Source: Riemerella anatipestifer
GTDB taxonomy: Bacteria > Bacteroidota > Bacteroidia > Flavobacteriales > Weeksellaceae
DNA length: 64,000 nucleotides
Assembly (NCBI RefSeq): GCF_051132245.1
Contig: NZ_CP081184.1
Strand: one strand, 5' to 3'
Below, one piece after another: positions 59,835 through 64,000 of this stretch. The notes under the pieces are model-generated. The model was given only the letters and a program-made list of their open reading frames with translations, made no database searches and was not told the origin of the DNA. Every line of letters starts with the position of its first letter. The stretch's first letter is position 1. Both the position numbers and the translations under genes were made by a program.

Positions 59835-60830
59835 TTGCGACTTAGAAAAATCTTTAGAACAATGATGAAACACATTAGTTGGTTAATCCTATTACTTGGA
59901 GTGCTAGTTTCTTGCCAAAAGGAAGACAAAGGCTGGAATATAGACCTCAAAGCACCTTTACCTAAGGTAAAAACCGTAGATATTTCTCATCAGTTTTACG
60001 ATGAAAATTACTCTTTGGAAGATTTTAAGAAGGAATACCCTTGGTTTCAAGGGACGGTTTCTGATGAAGATTTTATGCTAAGAAGAAAAGACACCTTGGA
60101 GATAAACATCTACAAAGAAGCCCTCAAAAAAGTGAATGTGCCAGAGTTAGAAAAAGGCTTGAGCGAACTCTTTGCCCGTGTGCAACATTACTTCCCTCAA
60201 TTCAAAACGCCTGTGGTTTACCTTTATTCTTCTGCTGTGCAAGATGTGGAAGTTCCCGTCTTTTATCACGCCGAAAAAAACTGGCTCTTTATAGATATTG
60301 CCGCCTTTATGGGGGAGGGCAACCGCTATTATAGAGGTGTTAATCAGTATTTACAAGTTTCTATGAACCCTCAAAACTTATTACCTAAAGCTGCTTTAGC
60401 GTTGTCGGAACACATCGTGCCGATGGATAGGAGCGAACAAAAATTCATAGACAAAATGATGTACGAAGGAAAACTAATGCTTTTACAAGACGCTCTGTTA
60501 CCCAACACAGCCGATTATTTAAAGATAGGCTACACACCTAAACAATACGAGTGGGCGACTCAAAACAAAAGTAACATTTGGAACTTTTTTGTAGAAAATG
60601 ATTTGTTGTTTAGCGACGATATGCAGCTTTCGGGGAGATTTTTAGCACCCGCACCATTCTCTAAGTTTTATACAGAAGTAGATAACGAGTCTTCGCCTAG
60701 AGTAGGCGTTTATACAGGGTGGGAGATTGGCAGAAAGTTCTTTAAAGAAAAGCCAGAAACACCACTTCCTCAATTCTTGAATATGAAGGGCGAGGAGATT
60801 TTTAACCAATCCAAATATCAAGGTAAGTAG
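59835..60830 (+). CDS. gldB: Gliding-motility lipoprotein GldB-like
   Basis: ~330-aa lipoprotein (LVSCQKEDK lipobox) followed by a ~108-aa GldC-like gene, as in Flavobacterium johnsoniae gldBC. Assignment from size and synteny, not verified. Confidence 0.5.
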   Translation: MRLRKIFRTMMKHISWLILLLGVLVSCQKEDKGWNIDLKAPLPKVKTVDISHQFYDENYSLEDFKKEYPWFQGTVSDEDFMLRRKDTLEINIYKEALKKVNVPELEKGLSELFARVQHYFPQFKTPVVYLYSSAVQDVEVPVFYHAEKNWLFIDIAAFMGEGNRYYRGVNQYLQVSMNPQNLLPKAALALSEHIVPMDRSEQKFIDKMMYEGKLMLLQDALLPNTADYLKIGYTPKQYEWATQNKSNIWNFFVENDLLFSDDMQLSGRFLAPAPFSKFYTEVDNESSPRVGVYTGWEIGRKFFKEKPETPLPQFLNMKGEEIFNQSKYQGK

Positions 60831-60860
60831 CATACAATTAAAAAAAATTAAAGATAGATT

Positions 60861-61187
60861 ATGAGAAAAACACAGATAACAGTAAATGTAGAGCTAGACG
60901 AAAACCATATTCCAGAGAAAATGACTTGGCACGCCCAAGATGGCGGGATAGAAGCTCAAGAAACCAAAGCCACAATGATTTCTGTTTGGGACGACAAAAC
61001 GATGGAAGCACTTAGAATAGACCTCTGGACTAAAGATATGCCCGTGGATCATATGAAACGTTTTTTCCACCAGATATTAGTTTCTTTGGGGCACACTTAC
61101 CAGAGAGCTACAGGGGAAGACGATGTTGCCCAATGGCTAGAAGAGAAAGCGGAAGAATTTGCCGTAAAATCAGCCATTAAAATGTAG
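60861..61187 (+). CDS. gldC: GldC-like small soluble protein
   Basis: 108 aa; N-terminus MRKTQITVNVELDENHIPEKMTWHAQDGG typical of GldC; immediately 3' of the gldB-like gene. Confidence 0.5.
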   Translation: MRKTQITVNVELDENHIPEKMTWHAQDGGIEAQETKATMISVWDDKTMEALRIDLWTKDMPVDHMKRFFHQILVSLGHTYQRATGEDDVAQWLEEKAEEFAVKSAIKM

Positions 61188-61207
61188 CGTTTTAAAAAAT
61201 TAACCCA

Positions 61208-61756
61208 ATGCAAGAGATAGTAGAAGTTTTAAAGTCTGGGGGAACAGTGCTTTACCCTACGGACACCATTTGGGGGCTAGGTTGCGACGCCACAAACCCA
61301 GAAGCCATACAAAAGATTTACAAAATCAAAAAAAGAGAGCCACATAAATCCCTCATTATTTTGGTAGATACCGAAAAAAGGTTGCAAGATTTAGTAGAAG
61401 TACCAGAAATGGCGTGGGAAATTATAGACCTTAGCGAAAAACCCGTTACGATAATCTACGATGCTCCCAAAGGCTTACCCAAAGAACTCTTGGCAGAGGA
61501 CGGCAGCATAGGAATTAGGCTCGTAAAAGACGCTTTTTGTCAAAAACTCATTGGTAAGCTCAACGCCCCGCTGGTTTCCACATCTGCCAACTTTAGTGGC
61601 GACAAAAGTCCCAAGCAATTTTCGGATATTAGTCCCAAACTCATAAACGCCGTAGACTTTGTAGTAGAAGAACAAAAGGATAAAGTATCCCAATGGGCAG
61701 GGTCTTCGGTCATTAGAATATGGAAAGACAACAGAATAAAAGTCTTGAGAGAGTAA
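61208..61756 (+). CDS. tsaC: L-threonylcarbamoyladenylate synthase (YrdC/TsaC family)
   Basis: GGTVLYPTDTIWGLGCDATNPEAIQKIYKIKKR YrdC signature; 182 aa. Confidence 0.8.
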   Translation: MQEIVEVLKSGGTVLYPTDTIWGLGCDATNPEAIQKIYKIKKREPHKSLIILVDTEKRLQDLVEVPEMAWEIIDLSEKPVTIIYDAPKGLPKELLAEDGSIGIRLVKDAFCQKLIGKLNAPLVSTSANFSGDKSPKQFSDISPKLINAVDFVVEEQKDKVSQWAGSSVIRIWKDNRIKVLRE

Positions 61757-61899
61757 GCCATTCACAATAATTAAAAAAATCCCGAAAATACCTCAATCGC
61801 TTCTAAAAAAACATAATAAAGTCTTATAAGTGTCCTTTTTCAATCCCAAAACGCCAACCTTTGGGCGTTAATAAAAAATAATGCTTCAATTTTTAACCT

Positions 61900-62270
61900 A
61901 AAAGTACCTTAGGCGATAGAAAAAATATCGGTAGGGATAGAAAAAAGTCGTGTAGGAACACAAAAATGGTCTGTAGGAATACAAAAACAACGGTGAGGAA
62001 TAGAAGAATGGCAGTGAGGAACACAAAAATGGCTTGTAGGAACACAAAAACGGCTTTGAGGAATAGAAGAATGGCAGTGAGGAACATAAAAATGGCTTGT
62101 AGGAATATAAAAACGACGGTGAGGAATAGAAGAATGGCAGTGAGGAACATAAAAATGGCTTGTAGGAATATAAAAACGACGGTGAGGAATAGAAGAATGG
62201 CAGTGAGGAACACAAAAATGGCTTGTAGGAATACAAAAACGGCTTTGAGGAATAGAAGAATGAACAGTTT
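61900..62270. repeat. Tandem repeat array, ~17 units of 21 bp organised as ~5 higher-order 63-bp units (GTGAGGAACAyAAAAATGGCTT GTAGGAATAyAAAAACGrCG GTGAGGAATAGAAGAATGGCA)
   Basis: Contiguous periodic repeats without spacers. Spurious ORFs are predicted on both strands. Confidence 0.85.
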
Positions 62271-62315
62271 TTGTCTATAAAATTGATAATAATTCAAAAA
62301 GAAACTAATTAGTTG

Positions 62316-62353
62316 TAAAAAATCCCCTTTTCTTCAAAGCAGAAAAAGGGATT
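62316..62353 (-). terminator. Terminator hairpin for the flavin-reductase gene (bidirectional GC-poor stem AAATCCCCTTTT...AAAAGGGATTT with flanking T-tracts)
   Basis: Inverted repeat plus U-tract immediately 3' of the 62362 stop on the minus strand. Confidence 0.5.
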
Positions 62354-62361
62354 TTTGATTT

Positions 62362-63183
62362 TTAACAGGCTAAACATTGCCACGCTTCTTCTATTTTTGC
62401 TTCGGCAAGTAAGCGTTGAGCCTTCAGATGAGTGGCTTCATCATCGGTATAGCTGCCTTTGGGCAGTCGTTCCACATTAGCGAGCATTCCCAAATCATTC
62501 CCTGTAAATACTTTACTGTTTTTTATTTCACAAGGCAGTTGGTCTATGCCAATCCCTTTAGTTACTAGAGGTTTGGGGACTTCAAACAGGTTGTCCGCAT
62601 TGTTTCTAGAATACCAGTTACCCCCCAGTCTTGCCACAAGGTCTAGTTTGGCTTGGTCTAGTGTGCCATTTTCGTTCAGATATTCCTCTCGGATATGTAT
62701 TTTAACCACTTCCGAAATCACCAAGTTCCCCGCACCACCTTCTGTGCCTAGAGGTTTTACCTCTAAGACCTTACATTCTAGGTTTACGGGACATTCTTCT
62801 ATAAGTTTGGGAGCAATTAGGTCGGCATCTTTCATTGTAAACCCCGCTTTCACAAATTCATTGATGCTTTTATCGTATTCCGTAGAAGAAAGAGACATTT
62901 GTTGCACGATGGGGTAGTTTACGATACCGATATTAACTTCAGGAACTTGTAACACATTCTCTAAGGTATCTTTAGTGCTGTTATCTCTCATCCTTCTAGA
63001 AGGAGAAAAAATCACAATGGGCGGATTACAGCTAAAAAGATTAAAGAAACTGAAAGGTGAGAGGTTAATATTGCCTTCTTGGTCTATGGTAGAAGCTAAA
63101 GCAATAGGTCTAGGAGCAATGGCGTGTTGCAGTAGCATCTGAACCTCAAATGGAGGAAGTTCTTTTGGGTTGATAGTTTTCAT
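62362..63183 (-). CDS. Flavin reductase-like FMN-binding (split-barrel) protein
   Basis: HAIAPRPIALASTIDQEGNINLSPFSFFN flavin_reduct-like motif. Confidence 0.65.
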   Translation of the reverse strand: MKTINPKELPPFEVQMLLQHAIAPRPIALASTIDQEGNINLSPFSFFNLFSCNPPIVIFSPSRRMRDNSTKDTLENVLQVPEVNIGIVNYPIVQQMSLSSTEYDKSINEFVKAGFTMKDADLIAPKLIEECPVNLECKVLEVKPLGTEGGAGNLVISEVVKIHIREEYLNENGTLDQAKLDLVARLGGNWYSRNNADNLFEVPKPLVTKGIGIDQLPCEIKNSKVFTGNDLGMLANVERLPKGSYTDDEATHLKAQRLLAEAKIEEAWQCLAC

Positions 63184-63215
63184 TTACTTTGATTTAAAGC
63201 GTAAAAATACAAACT

Positions 63216-63713
63216 TTAAATGAAATTAACCATAACCGACCCCGATTGATGATAGAAAAAATCGCTTTCTTCAAATTCAATATTAGTTTTGCTTTTAAGG
63301 GTATCAAAGACCAACTTTTGCAAAACGCCATCTCCAATGCCGTGGATTATTTCCAATCTTTTTATTTTATTGAGTTTACAAAAGTCCAGCGTTTCCTCTA
63401 GTTTTTGTTTTTGAATAAATAGCCGTTCAAAACTATCGTAATGTTCAGGGTTGTTTACCAACTGGTCAAAATGAAGGTCTAATATCAAGTGCTGATTTTT
63501 CTTTCTAGGAGGTCTAGAGGTTTGATTGGCTTCTTGTTTTCGTACAATAGGCGTTTGTTCATACAGAGAGGCATCTCTTAAAGTGAGCAGATGTTTGGGA
63601 TAGCGGTGAGTAAAATGGTATTCGTCTCGGAAAACCACCTCGTTGCCGTGTATAGAAGTAACAATACCCCACAAGTCATCATCAATCACAGAAACGCTAT
63701 CTCCTATTTTCAT
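63216..63713 (-). CDS. Smr-domain protein (MutS2 C-terminal-like small nuclease domain)
   Basis: LILDLHFDQL...IIHGIGDGVLQ Smr motifs (LDLHG / HGxG). Confidence 0.55.
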   Translation of the reverse strand: MKIGDSVSVIDDDLWGIVTSIHGNEVVFRDEYHFTHRYPKHLLTLRDASLYEQTPIVRKQEANQTSRPPRKKNQHLILDLHFDQLVNNPEHYDSFERLFIQKQKLEETLDFCKLNKIKRLEIIHGIGDGVLQKLVFDTLKSKTNIEFEESDFFYHQSGSVMVNFI

Positions 63714-64000
63714 CTTTTACCGAGTTCTATCACTTCCAAATCTTTGATTTCTGCTCCATCAATCTTAAAACGCATCATAGTTCGCACTTGGTGCCACCCT
63801 TGAGTACCTGCTGCTCCAGGGTTGAGGTGTAGGAGTTGATGCTTTTGGTCGTACATTGCTTTTAGAATATGTGAGTGCCCACTAATGAACAGTTGAGGTG
63901 TTTTTTCTAGAATTTCTTTTCTTGCTAGAGGGCTATATTTGTTGGGGTAACCACCAATGTGAATCATCAGAACTTCTACTTCTTCACATTTAAATCTTAA
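63710..64000 (-). CDS. Metallophosphoesterase (YfcE/calcineurin-like), 5' end beyond the window
   Basis: FISGHSHILKAMYDQ...LNPGAAG phosphoesterase motifs; the ORF is open to the window end. Confidence 0.55.
   Translation of the reverse strand, partial: LRFKCEEVEVLMIHIGGYPNKYSPLARKEILEKTPQLFISGHSHILKAMYDQKHQLLHLNPGAAGTQGWHQVRTMMRFKIDGAEIKDLEVIELGKR

Noticed and set aside
61893-62297. ORFs 61893..62297 (-), 61898..62236 (-) and 61966..62280 (+) encoding repetitive peptides; possible CRISPR array
   Set aside because: They are translations of the 21-bp tandem array in three frames. The array has contiguous repeats with no unique spacers and no cas genes nearby, so it is not CRISPR.

Overview
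This is a 64-kb stretch of an AT-rich Bacteroidota (Flavobacteriia-like) chromosome. Housekeeping genes ligA, nadE, kup and tsaC, together with a gldB/gldC-like pair, fix the lineage. Two things stand out. (1) Positions 1-25,700 are an Rhs/YD-repeat polymorphic-toxin locus whose repeat-encoding parts are visibly more G+C-rich than the rest of the window. It holds one 5'-truncated main rhs gene, two large 5'-truncated rhs duplicates and five short orphan C-terminal-toxin (CT) cassettes, giving eight different CT domains. Each CT is followed by small, AT-rich candidate immunity genes, including a tandem-duplicated pair, a BNR-repeat lipoprotein and an ankyrin-repeat protein. The cassettes are separated by a conserved spacer that has not, as far as I can tell, been described. 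It consists of a ~24-nt boundary motif (GGTCGTGTATCAGAGTTAGTGATG) directly after every immunity stop codon, followed by a ~130-nt leader that starts with an in-frame ATG and occurs in two same-length sequence variants. The array ends at an IS1-family transposase gene. (2) Near the centre of the window, on the minus strand at 26,088-34,928, lies an apparent operon: YbjN-like protein, PspA/IM30, NfeD/YqiJ-like protein, flotillin/YqiK (SPFH) and a 1603-aa protein with a MoxR/AAA_5-like ATPase module near its C-terminus. A divergently transcribed XRE-family HTH regulator sits opposite, and the two divergent start regions carry identical 19-bp sequences in inverted orientation. I read this as a candidate membrane-remodelling, stress or defence module, and the giant ATPase component seems uncharacterised. 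The window also contains three dispersed repeat families. One is a palindromic REP-like element. One is a GC-rich ~120-nt element whose three copies show covarying hairpins; one copy forms the 5' junction of a truncated rhs copy and a reverse-orientation copy lies downstream at ~45.1 kb. The third is the cassette-boundary motif, which also recurs outside the Rhs locus. Other features are an 80-bp tandem duplication with an ORF-poor region and orphan terminator upstream of a TonB-dependent receptor, a 21/63-bp tandem array, a secreted barnase/RNase Sa-family ribonuclease with no adjacent inhibitor gene, and an unannotated 55-aa PLDc_N-like membrane peptide. The remaining genes are ordinary (TonB-dependent receptor, POT peptide transporter, thioredoxin-like protein, porin, Kup, Fur-like regulator, OstA-like protein, class-III aminotransferase, NPP-family phosphodiesterase, NadE, TsaC, flavin reductase, Smr-domain protein, metallophosphoesterase). 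I found no rRNA, tRNA or CRISPR array.
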